This document shows positions 1-10,356 of a stretch of 64,000 nt of DNA, in pieces. Within the stretch, counting starts at the first letter, position 1. Every line of letters begins with the position of its first letter. Under the pieces are notes generated by a model. It did not search any database. It saw nothing but the letters and a program-made list of their open reading frames with translations, and was not told the DNA's origin. Source of the DNA: Escherichia phage Ec_YwIITB1; the sequence record PQ356294.1; one strand, 5' to 3'. Made by a program: the position numbers and the translations under genes.

Positions 1-734
1 GAATTCCTGTAACTCGTGCAGTAGATAATTTAGTTAACTGGAGAACTGCAGCAGGTTCATACACTGATAATAACTTTAATATCAGTTCAACCTATGCAGC
101 AATCGATGGCAACTACAAATATCAGTATGACAAATATAATGATGTAAATCGTTGGGTTCCATTAGCTGCTGACATTGCTGGTTTATGCGCAAGAACTGAT
201 AACGTTTCTCATACTTGGATGTCTCCGGCTGGTTATAATCGTGGTCAAATTCTTAACGTTATTAAACTTGCTATTGAAACTCGCCAGGCGCAGCGCGATC
301 GTTTATATCAAGAAGCTATCAACCCGGTAACTGGTACAGGTGGCGATGGTTACGTATTGTACGGTGATAAAACAGCTACTTCTGTTCCTTCTCCGTTTGA
401 TCGTATTAACGTTCGTCGTCTGTTTAATATGTTGAAAACGAATATCGGACGTAGTTCAAAATATCGTTTATTCGAATTAAACAACGCGTTTACTCGTTCA
501 TCGTTCCGCACAGAAACTGCCCAATACTTACAGGGAATTAAAGCTCTCGGTGGAATTTATGAATATCGTGTAGTTTGCGATACAACAAATAATACTCCGT
601 CAGTAATTGATAGAAATGAGTTTGTTGCAACATTCTACATTCAACCGGCTAGAAGCATTAACTACATTACCTTAAACTTCGTAGCAACTGCTACTGGTGC
701 AGATTTCGATGAGTTAACTGGTCTTGCAGGTTAA
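1..734 (+). CDS. 18: Tail sheath protein gp18, C-terminal part (5' end lies upstream of window)
   Basis: Frame open from window start to TAA at 732-734; translation recognisable as conserved T-even tail sheath C-terminus; directly precedes tail tube gene. Confidence 0.9.
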   Translation, partial: IPVTRAVDNLVNWRTAAGSYTDNNFNISSTYAAIDGNYKYQYDKYNDVNRWVPLAADIAGLCARTDNVSHTWMSPAGYNRGQILNVIKLAIETRQAQRDRLYQEAINPVTGTGGDGYVLYGDKTATSVPSPFDRINVRRLFNMLKTNIGRSSKYRLFELNNAFTRSSFRTETAQYLQGIKALGGIYEYRVVCDTTNNTPSVIDRNEFVATFYIQPARSINYITLNFVATATGADFDELTGLAG

Positions 735-740
735 TTGATT

Positions 741-1391
741 ATGGGGCTTCGGCCCCTATTCTCGAGGAAACAAGTGATTATTTCTAAGTTTGTTAAAGTG
801 AAAATTGTACCATCAAATTTTAAACATTATCAATCAAAGGGTTATAAATTAACACCTCTTGGAGCGGTTAAACATGGATTTAGGTATTATGAAATTGATG
901 TTAAAGTTGAAGACATTAAAGGTAATACCGCGTATGTAAAATGCCGTTGCGATAAATGTGGAATTGAATATAACCAACGCATTGGAAGAAACACTGATAT
1001 TTGTCGTGATTGCCGTCATAAAGATAAAATGCGCAATAATTCATATGGTTCCGCGAATAAAGGAAAAACAGTAGAATGTATGCATGGCGTAAATCATCCA
1101 AGATGGAACCCAAATAAATCTGAAATGCGTGAATATATTTCATTGGTATATAAAGAAACTCGTAAGCATAAGAAAATTTGGTCAAAATGGCCAAATGCTG
1201 ATAAAATAGGAGTGTGCGGTACAAAAGGTGCTTACCAACTTGATCATAAGGTATCTATCAAATACGGTTTTGATAATTTAATTCCTGTTGAAATAATTGG
1301 CGGTATTAATAATTTAGAAATAATCACTTGGGAATCTAACCGAGAAAAATCAAAAAGAAATAGTGTAGATCTTTGGGATTTACTAGAATGA
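741..1391 (+). CDS. HNH-family (putative homing) endonuclease with N-terminal Cys-rich zinc-finger region; free-standing between genes 18 and 19
   Basis: ORF 735..1391; first ATG at 741; Cys cluster CRCDKCG...CRDCRH; C-terminal HNH-like motif QLDHKVSIKYGF...NNLEI..W.SN; position atypical for T4 backbone. Confidence 0.7.
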   Translation: MGLRPLFSRKQVIISKFVKVKIVPSNFKHYQSKGYKLTPLGAVKHGFRYYEIDVKVEDIKGNTAYVKCRCDKCGIEYNQRIGRNTDICRDCRHKDKMRNNSYGSANKGKTVECMHGVNHPRWNPNKSEMREYISLVYKETRKHKKIWSKWPNADKIGVCGTKGAYQLDHKVSIKYGFDNLIPVEIIGGINNLEIITWESNREKSKRNSVDLWDLLE

Positions 1392-1417
1392 TTCTAAAGG
1401 CCTGTTTCGGCAGGCCA

Positions 1418-1425
1418 TATAAATA
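1418..1425 (+). promoter_or_regulatory. Late promoter motif TATAAATA (first of two upstream of gene 19)
   Basis: Exact TATAAATA downstream of HNH gene hairpin. Confidence 0.5.
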
Positions 1426-1476
1426 CACTATATCCTTAATTCTTTAATTCTATATGCCCTAGGTTAAACATAGGGA

Positions 1477-1484
1477 TATAAATA
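1477..1484 (+). promoter_or_regulatory. Late promoter TATAAATA for gene 19
   Basis: Exact TATAAATA about 15 nt upstream of gp19 start. Confidence 0.65.
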
Positions 1485-1498
1485 CTACAGAGGCTAAT

Positions 1499-1990
1499 AT
1501 GTTTGTAGATGATGTAACACGAGCGTTTGAATCTGGTGATTTTGCTCGACCTAACTTATTCCAAGTAGAAATTTCTTATCTTGGACAAAATTTTACGTTT
1601 CAATGTAAAGCCACTGCTTTACCAGCTGGTATTGTAGAAAAAATTCCAGTCGGTTTTATGAACCGTAAAATTAACGTAGCAGGCGATCGTACATTCGATG
1701 ACTGGACTGTTACAGTAATGAACGATGAGGCACATGATGCTCGCCAGAAGTTTGTTGATTGGCAAAGCATTGCTGCTGGGCAAGGGAACGAAATTACTGG
1801 TGGAAAACCAGCAGAGTATAAAAAGAGTGCTGTTGTTCGCCAATATGCTCGTGACGCTAAAACTGTAACAAAAGAAGTTGAAATTAAAGGCCTGTGGCCT
1901 ACTAACGTGGGTGAACTTCAATTAGATTGGGATTCAAACAATGAAATCCAAACCTTTGAAGTAACTCTCGCTCTCGATTATTGGGAATAA
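1499..1990 (+). CDS. 19: Tail tube protein gp19
   Basis: 163-aa ORF matching T4 gp19 (MFVDDVTRAFESGDFARPNLFQVEISYLG...); TATAAATA late promoter upstream. Confidence 0.95.
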   Translation: MFVDDVTRAFESGDFARPNLFQVEISYLGQNFTFQCKATALPAGIVEKIPVGFMNRKINVAGDRTFDDWTVTVMNDEAHDARQKFVDWQSIAAGQGNEITGGKPAEYKKSAVVRQYARDAKTVTKEVEIKGLWPTNVGELQLDWDSNNEIQTFEVTLALDYWE

Positions 1991-2022
1991 AATGAATGGG
2001 GAGAAATCCCCATCCTGCTTAA

Positions 2023-3647
<1,625 letters not shown>

Positions 3648-3648
<1 letters not shown>

Positions 3649-3887
3649 TGGAAGGTTTAATTGAAGCTATTAAATCAAACGACCTCGTAGCCGCTCGTAA
3701 ATTATTTGCTGAAGCCATGGCTGCAAGAACGACTGATTTAATTAAAGAAGAAAAAATCGCTATCGCTCGTAATTTCTTAATCGAAGGTGAAGAACCTGAT
3801 GACGAGGATGATGACGAAGACGAAGATAGTGATGATAAAGACGACAAAAAAGACAAAGACTCTGACGAAGACGAGGATGATGAATAA
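3648..3887 (+). CDS. 67: Prohead core protein gp67 (acidic C-terminus)
   Basis: 79-aa ORF with Asp/Glu-rich tail; position between 20 and 68. Confidence 0.85.
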
Positions 3888-4312
3888 TGCTTCTGATCCC
3901 TGAAACTCATGAATTGGTTCTCGAGAATGTCGAAGCACTTATTCCTGAAGCACAGGGTCGCTTTGACGAATTGTCTTCTGCTTTAAATAAAGACGATATA
4001 AATACAATTGTCGAGAATATGCTTGATGATGAAACTGATTTAGCGGTTGCATTAGCTTCTATTAATGAAAATATGCCGTTAAATGAATTTATCGTTAAAC
4101 ATGTTTCTGCCCGTGGTGAAATTACTCGCACCAAAGATCGCAAAACCCGCGAACGTAATGCATTTCAAACTACCGGGTTGTCTAAAGCAAAACGTAGACA
4201 AATTGCTCGTAAAGCTACCAAAACGAAGATTGCCAATCCAGCAGGTCAATCTCGTGCTCAGCGTAAGCGTAAAAAAGCTCTTAAACGCCGTAAAGCATTA
4301 GGATTAAGCTAA
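3887..4312 (+). CDS. 68: Prohead core protein gp68
   Basis: 141-aa ORF, ATGA-type coupling with neighbours; conserved order. Confidence 0.85.
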
Positions 4313-4950
4313 TGAATGAACCCCAATTACTAATTGAAACTTGGGGTCAACCTGGCGAAATTATTGATGGCGTACCAATGCTTGAATCTCATGATGGAAA
4401 AGACTTAGGTTTAAAACCGGGTTTATACATCGAAGGAATATTCATGCAAGCGGAAGTCGTCAATAGAAATAAACGTCTTTATCCAAAACGTATATTAGAA
4501 AAAGCGGTAAAAGACTATATTAATGAGCAAGTTTTAACTAAACAAGCTCTCGGAGAATTAAATCATCCTCCACGCGCTAATGTTGACCCGATGCAAGCCG
4601 CTATCATTATAGAAGATATGTGGTGGAAAGGAAATGACGTATACGGACGAGCTCGTGTTATTGAAGGTGACCACGGTCCTGGAGATAAATTAGCAGCTAA
4701 TATTCGTGCCGGATGGATTCCAGGAGTTTCTTCTCGTGGATTAGGTTCATTGACTGACACAAATAAAGGTTATCGTATCGTAAACGAAGGATTCAAATTA
4801 ACTGTAGGTGTTGATGCAGTATGGGGTCCAAGTGCTCCAGATGCATGGGTAACTCCTAAGGAAATTACCGAATCACAGACGGCGGAAGCCGATACAAGTG
4901 CCGATGACGCCTATATGGCTCTCGCAGAGGCCATGAAAAAAGCGTTATAA
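4312..4950 (+). CDS. 21: Prohead core scaffold protease gp21
   Basis: 212-aa ORF matching T4 gp21. Confidence 0.95.
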   Translation: MNEPQLLIETWGQPGEIIDGVPMLESHDGKDLGLKPGLYIEGIFMQAEVVNRNKRLYPKRILEKAVKDYINEQVLTKQALGELNHPPRANVDPMQAAIIIEDMWWKGNDVYGRARVIEGDHGPGDKLAANIRAGWIPGVSSRGLGSLTDTNKGYRIVNEGFKLTVGVDAVWGPSAPDAWVTPKEITESQTAEADTSADDAYMALAEAMKKAL

Positions 4951-4953
4951 ATA
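4946..4953 (+). promoter_or_regulatory. Late promoter TATAAATA for gene 22
   Basis: Exact motif 27 nt upstream of gp22 ATG. Confidence 0.65.
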
Positions 4954-4980
4954 TTATTATCTAAACAACAGGACTACAAA

Positions 4981-5790
4981 ATGCTTAAAGAACAACTGAT
5001 TGCTGAAGCGCAAAAAATTGATGCTTCCGTTGCTCTTGATAGTATTTTCGAATCAGTTAATATTTCTCCGGAAGCAAAAGAAACTTTCGGCACTGTATTC
5101 GAAGCTACCGTCAAGCAGCACGCCGTTAAATTAGCTGAATCTCATATCGCTAAAATTGCTGAAAAAGCAGAAGAAGAAGTAGAAAAAAATAAAGAAGAAG
5201 CCGAAGAAAAAGCTGAGAAGAAAATCGCTGAGCAAGCTTCTAAATTCATCGACCATCTTGCAAAAGAATGGCTCGCTGAAAATAAATTAGCAGTTGATAA
5301 AGGCATCAAAGCCGAACTATTTGAATCCATGCTTGGTGGATTAAAAGAGCTCTTTGTTGAACACAACGTTGTTGTTCCAGAAGAATCAGTTGATGTTGTA
5401 GCTGAAATGGAAGAAGAGCTGCAAGAACATAAAGAAGAATCAGCTCGTCTGTTCGAAGAACTCAATAAGCGTGACGCATATATCAATTATGTGCAGCGTG
5501 AAGTGGCATTGAGCGAAAGTACTAAAGATCTGACTGAGTCTCAAAAAGAAAAAGTCTCTGCTCTGGTCGAAGGTATGGATTATTCAGATGCATTCTCAAG
5601 TAAATTGAGTGCCATCGTAGAAATGGTGAAGAAGTCTAATAAAGATGAAAGCACTATTACTGAGGGTATAAATACTCCTGATACTGAAGCAGCCGGACTG
5701 AATTTCGTCACTGAAGCTGTAGAAGATAAAACTGCACCTGGTGCAGAAGATATTGTAAGTGTATATGCGAAAGTCGCATCTCGTTTCTAA
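4981..5790 (+). CDS. 22: Prohead scaffolding core protein gp22
   Basis: 269-aa Glu/Lys-rich coiled-coil protein; TATAAATA upstream. Confidence 0.9.
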   Translation: MLKEQLIAEAQKIDASVALDSIFESVNISPEAKETFGTVFEATVKQHAVKLAESHIAKIAEKAEEEVEKNKEEAEEKAEKKIAEQASKFIDHLAKEWLAENKLAVDKGIKAELFESMLGGLKELFVEHNVVVPEESVDVVAEMEEELQEHKEESARLFEELNKRDAYINYVQREVALSESTKDLTESQKEKVSALVEGMDYSDAFSSKLSAIVEMVKKSNKDESTITEGINTPDTEAAGLNFVTEAVEDKTAPGAEDIVSVYAKVASRF

Positions 5791-5808
5791 TTTTAAAGGT
5801 TAACACAA

Positions 5809-7370
5809 ATGACTATCAAAACTAAAGCTGAACTTTTGAACAAATGGAAGCCATTACTGGAAGGTGAAGGTTTACCGGAAATTGCTAATAGCAAACAAGC
5901 GATTATCGCTAAAATCTTTGAAAACCAGGAAAAAGATTTCCAGACAGCTCCAGAGTACAAAGACGAAAAAATCGCCCAGGCGTTCGGTTCTTTCTTAACA
6001 GAAGCTGAAATCGGTGGTGACCACGGTTACAACGCTACTAACATTGCTGCTGGTCAGACTTCTGGCGCAGTAACTCAGATTGGCCCAGCTGTTATGGGTA
6101 TGGTACGTCGTGCTATTCCTAACCTGATTGCTTTCGATATTTGCGGTGTTCAGCCGATGAATAGCCCGACTGGCCAGGTATTTGCACTGCGTGCAGTATA
6201 TGGTAAAGACCCAATCGCTGCTGATGCTAAAGAAGCATTCCACCCAATGTATGGTCCAGATGCAATGTTCTCTGGTCAGGGTGCTGCTAAGAAATTCGCG
6301 CTAGCACACAAACTACTGTAAGTTGGAACCATTTACACCTATTTCTTCCAGGAAACTGGTACTGTATATCTGCAAGCTACCTCTAGTTAAAGCAAATTGA
6401 TACAAGTGCTTCTGACGCAGCTAAATTAGATGCTGAAATTAAGAAACAAATGGAAGCTGGCGTATTGGTAGAAATCGCTGAAGGTATGGCTACTTCTATC
6501 GCTGAACTTCAGGAAGGTTTCAACGGTTCTACCGATAACCCATGGAATGAAATGGGATTCCGTATCGATAAACAAGTTATCGAAGCTAAATCTCGTCAGC
6601 TGAAAGCTGCTTACTCTATCGAATTAGCACAAGACCTCCGCGCTGTTCACGGTATGGATGCTGATGCTGAACTGTCTGGTATTCTGGCTACCGAAATCAT
6701 GCTGGAAATCAACCGTGAAGTTGTTGATTGGATTAACTACTCAGCTCAGGTTGGTAAATCTGGTATGACCCTGACTCCGGGTTCTAAAGCTGGTGTATTT
6801 GACTTCCAGGATCCGATTGATATTCGCGGTGCTCGCTGGGCAGGTGAATCCTTTAAAGCTCTGTTGTTCCAGATTGACAAAGAAGCAGTTGAAATTGCTC
6901 GTCAGACCGGTCGTGGTGAAGGTAACTTCATTATCGCTTCCCGTAACGTAGTTAACGTTCTGGCTTCAGTTGATACTGGCATTTCTTATGCTGCACAGGG
7001 TCTGGCTACCGGCTTTAACACTGATACTACCAAGTCAGTATTTGCTGGTGTTCTGGGTGGTAAATACCGTGTATACATCGACCAGTATGCTAAACAGGAT
7101 TATTTCACTGTAGGTTATAAAGGTCCGAACGAAATGGATGCTGGTATTTACTACGCTCCATATGTAGCTCTGACTCCGCTGCGTGGTTCCGATCCGAAGA
7201 ACTTCCAACCGGTAATGGGATTCAAAACTCGTTACGGTATCGGTATCAACCCATTTGCAGAATCCGCTGCTCAGGCTCCGGCTTCTCGCATCCAAAGCGG
7301 TATGCCTTCTATTCTTAATAGCCTTGGTAAAAACGCTTACTTCCGCCGTGTATATGTTAAAGGTATCTAA
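5809..7370 (+). CDS. 23: Major capsid protein gp23; reading frame broken by several small indels between about 6290 and 6450 in the sequence as given (probable sequencing error)
   Basis: ORFs 5809..6321 and 6450..7370 match T4 gp23 N- and C-terminal parts; intervening residues (TQTTV, VGTIYTYFFQETGTVYLQ, KQIDTSASDAAKLDAEIKK) are found in shifted frames. Confidence 0.9.
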
Positions 7371-7385
7371 TCTTTGACGATTTAA

Positions 7386-7404
7386 GGGACCTTCGGGTCC
7401 CTTT
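7386..7404 (+). terminator. Intrinsic terminator hairpin after gene 23 (GGGACC-TTCG-GGTCCC + TTT)
   Basis: Perfect 6-bp GC-rich stem with UUCG tetraloop and T-run. Confidence 0.65.
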
Positions 7405-7418
7405 AGTTGTTTTTATGG

Positions 7419-7426
7419 TATAAATA
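7419..7426 (+). promoter_or_regulatory. Late promoter TATAAATA for gene 24
   Basis: Exact motif 27 nt upstream of gp24 ATG, just after gene 23 terminator. Confidence 0.65.
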
Positions 7427-7453
7427 AATCATATAAACCAAAAGGAAAGCGCA

Positions 7454-8737
7454 ATGGCTAAAATCAACGAACTTCTGCGCGAATCAACCACAACGAATAG
7501 CAACTCAATCGGTCGCCCAAATCTCGTTGCTTTGACTCGCGCTACCACTAAATTAATATATTCTGACATTGTAGCAACGCAAAGAACTAATCAACCTGTT
7601 GCTGCTTTTTATGGTATCAAATACCTTAACCCGGATAACGAATTTACATTTAAAACTGGTGCTACTTACGCCGGCGAAGCTGGGTATGTAGACCGAGAAC
7701 AAATCACAGAATTAACAGAAGAGTCTAAATTAACTCTCAATAAAGGCGATTTATTCAAATATAATAATATCGTTTATAAAGTATTAGAAAATACACCATT
7801 TGCTGATATTGAAGAAAGTGATTTAGAATTAGCTCTTCAGATTGCAATTGTTCTTTTAAAGGTTCGTCTATTTTCTGATGCTGCAGTAACAAGCAAATTT
7901 GAAAGCTCTGATAGTGAAATTGCGGATGCTAGATTCCAGATTAATAAATGGCAAACCGCAGTTAAATCTCGTAAACTTAAAACTGGCATCACAGTCGAAT
8001 TAGCACAAGATTTAGAAGCAAACGGATTCGATGCTCCTAATTTCTTGGAAGATTTGCTTGCAACTGAAATGGCGGATGAAATCAATAAAGATATTTTACA
8101 GTCTTTGATTACAGTGTCAAAACGCTATAAAGTTACAGGAATTACTGATACTGGATTCATTGATTTGAGTTATGCATCTGCACCTGAAGCTGGTCGTTCA
8201 TTATACCGAATGGTATGTGAAATGGTTTCGCATATCCAAAAAGAATCAACTTATACTGCAACGTTCTGTGTTGCTTCAGCTCGTGCCGCTGCGATTCTTG
8301 CTGCATCAGGTTGGTTAAAACATAAACCGGAAGATGATAAATATCTTTCACAAAATGCCTACGGGTTCTTAGCTAATGGTTTACCGCTTTATTGCGATAC
8401 CAACAGTCCATTAGATTATGTAATCGTTGGCGTAGTAGAAAATATCGGTGAAAAAGAAATTGTTGGATCAATTTTCTATGCTCCGTATACAGAAGGTCTT
8501 GACTTAGATGACCCTGAACATGTAGGTGCATTTAAAGTTGTAGTTGATCCAGAAAGTTTGCAGCCATCTATCGGTTTATTAGTTAGATATGCTTTATCTG
8601 CAAATCCTTACACTGTAGCAAAAGATGAAAAAGAAGCAAGAGTAATTGATGGTGGAGATATGGATAAAATGGCGGGTCGTTCAGATTTGTCTGTTTTATT
8701 AGGTGTTAAGCTACCAAAAATTATCATTGATGAATAA
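7454..8737 (+). CDS. 24: Capsid vertex protein gp24
   Basis: 427-aa ORF matching T4 gp24; TATAAATA at 7419-7426. Confidence 0.95.
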   Translation: MAKINELLRESTTTNSNSIGRPNLVALTRATTKLIYSDIVATQRTNQPVAAFYGIKYLNPDNEFTFKTGATYAGEAGYVDREQITELTEESKLTLNKGDLFKYNNIVYKVLENTPFADIEESDLELALQIAIVLLKVRLFSDAAVTSKFESSDSEIADARFQINKWQTAVKSRKLKTGITVELAQDLEANGFDAPNFLEDLLATEMADEINKDILQSLITVSKRYKVTGITDTGFIDLSYASAPEAGRSLYRMVCEMVSHIQKESTYTATFCVASARAAAILAASGWLKHKPEDDKYLSQNAYGFLANGLPLYCDTNSPLDYVIVGVVENIGEKEIVGSIFYAPYTEGLDLDDPEHVGAFKVVVDPESLQPSIGLLVRYALSANPYTVAKDEKEARVIDGGDMDKMAGRSDLSVLLGVKLPKIIIDE

Positions 8738-8743
8738 AACAAA

Positions 8744-8768
8744 GGGACCGAAAGGTCCCTTTTTTATT
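8744..8768. terminator. Bidirectional terminator between convergent genes 24 and rnlB (GGGACC-GAAA-GGTCCC flanked by A-run and T-run)
   Basis: Hairpin with GNRA loop; T-run downstream on plus strand, A-run upstream. Confidence 0.65.
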
Positions 8769-9772
8769 TAACTTACCAATTCAATCCAAGCCGGACGAAG
8801 TACATCTTGTACCATTTTAACTAATTCCTTCTTAATCAAAGAAGGATTATCCGCTTGAGTTAGAGTAATACCTTCACGAGAAGTTTCTTCCAAAATATCT
8901 TGAACCGTTAGCCCCATCACCTTTCCAAAATCTTTTGGACCAATTTCACCAATTTTAGAAATAACGTTATTTACTCGGTTCAGTGTAACGTAACAAGCTA
9001 AAATTCCAAGCAATTTATTATCAGCTTCTGACAGTTCAACTTTAGCTTTAATAGGCTTATCAGACTTTTTCTTTTCACTAAATTTAGAGTTCTTGCATTT
9101 GATAGCTACGCGATTGCCGTTATGCATCCAAGAAGGATAACAAGGTTTCAATACATATCCTTCAGCGGTAAATACTTCGCCTTTTACTTCAGCATTCCAA
9201 ACGCATTTATTTGCATCAACTAATCCAGCATGGTCTACCGTAAAATTATAATCCTGGACGACAGAATCTAAATCATTTGGCAATTTAATAAGTTCTTCAA
9301 ATTTACCGCGACCTAAAAGTGGAGCCATTTTAAATTTAAATGTATTACAGAATGATTCCATCATATAATCATCGACATAAGTCACATCACCACTTTCTGT
9401 AGTAACAATAATGTCAAATACATAAAAATCTTTATCGCCATAATCGACATTCTTCTGAATGCCAGGTCCAGCGAATTCGCCAAAAACTTGATAAGATACA
9501 ACCGCTGAAGTTTCCATAATTTCTTGTACTGCTTTAATGGAATCAGAGTAATTCTTCAAAATAATTTCATACCCAAAGAAATCTTCAGCAGGAAGAATAG
9601 GACCAGTACGTTTAGCGCAAGTTACTTTATCACGCTCAATAATCAATGAGAAATTTGTGCCGTGAATCTTTTCACGAGCTACCCACTCCCCACCAGTCAA
9701 TCCCAAGCTATAAAGTTTTTCAATGAATTTAGAATTGTAATGATTTTCAAGACTGCTATACTTTTTAAACAT
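8768..9772 (-). CDS. rnlB: RNA ligase 2 (Rnl2)
   Basis: 334-aa ORF matching T4 Rnl2, lysine nucleotidyltransferase motif KIHGTN. Confidence 0.95.
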   Translation of the reverse strand: MFKKYSSLENHYNSKFIEKLYSLGLTGGEWVAREKIHGTNFSLIIERDKVTCAKRTGPILPAEDFFGYEIILKNYSDSIKAVQEIMETSAVVSYQVFGEFAGPGIQKNVDYGDKDFYVFDIIVTTESGDVTYVDDYMMESFCNTFKFKMAPLLGRGKFEELIKLPNDLDSVVQDYNFTVDHAGLVDANKCVWNAEVKGEVFTAEGYVLKPCYPSWMHNGNRVAIKCKNSKFSEKKKSDKPIKAKVELSEADNKLLGILACYVTLNRVNNVISKIGEIGPKDFGKVMGLTVQDILEETSREGITLTQADNPSLIKKELVKMVQDVLRPAWIELVS

Positions 9773-9781
9773 AATTAATCC

Positions 9782-10060
9782 TCAAAATGTAATTTCTAAC
9801 CAATCACCATCACGCTGATCACTATTGACTTTAAAGCTAAATCCTTCTTTTCTCAGCCAATCACCAATTTCTTCAGTAATCAATTTATCACGAGCAGTAC
9901 AATAATAACTAAAATATGTTTTACCTTGTTCAGCTGCTTTATTAGCAAGTTCCGAAAAATCTTTAATAAAACACTCTAACTTAAACTGTTTACTTTTAAG
10001 TGCTTTTTCACGTAATTGATTAGCAAAAGATTCATTTTCATAAAGATCATACTGTTCCAT
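9782..10060 (-). CDS. Hypothetical protein (24.2-like position)
   Basis: 92-aa ORF downstream of rnlB, tight spacing. Confidence 0.6.
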   Translation of the reverse strand: MEQYDLYENESFANQLREKALKSKQFKLECFIKDFSELANKAAEQGKTYFSYYCTARDKLITEEIGDWLRKEGFSFKVNSDQRDGDWLEITF

Positions 10061-10063
10061 TTT

Positions 10064-10261
10064 TCACCTTTTATTAATATGTCTTTTTCTATAGACAACT
10101 TTTTCTCGAGTTTCAAATTTATTCTTAGCAGTCATAGCTCGAGCCCATAATACAGCCACTTCTTTCGCCTGTAAGTTCAATTCACGAGCAATTTCAATGA
10201 ATGACTTTCCAGACTCATGAAGAGTAAACACCACAACCTCAGTTCTCATAATCAATCTCAT
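10064..10261 (-). CDS. Hypothetical protein (24.3-like position)
   Basis: 65-aa ORF, operon context. Confidence 0.55.
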   Translation of the reverse strand: MRLIMRTEVVVFTLHESGKSFIEIARELNLQAKEVAVLWARAMTAKNKFETREKVVYRKRHINKR

Positions 10262-10320
10262 GTTATCGAGTTGATGCCATTATATACATCATTTTCTGAG
10301 TATGTTTTGTGTGCTTTCAA

Positions 10321-10344
10321 AATGAAGAAAGGGGCCGAAGCCCC
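10321..10344 (-). terminator. Terminator hairpin after hoc (GGGGC-UUCG-GCCCC + U-rich on minus strand)
   Basis: Stem-loop 10331-10344 followed on the minus strand by a T-rich tract. Confidence 0.55.
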
Positions 10345-10356
10345 TTATGATTATGA

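Noticed and set aside
1-6. GAATTC (EcoRI site) exactly at the window start
   Set aside because: Most likely coincidental or a reflection of how the window was cut; no biological inference possible.
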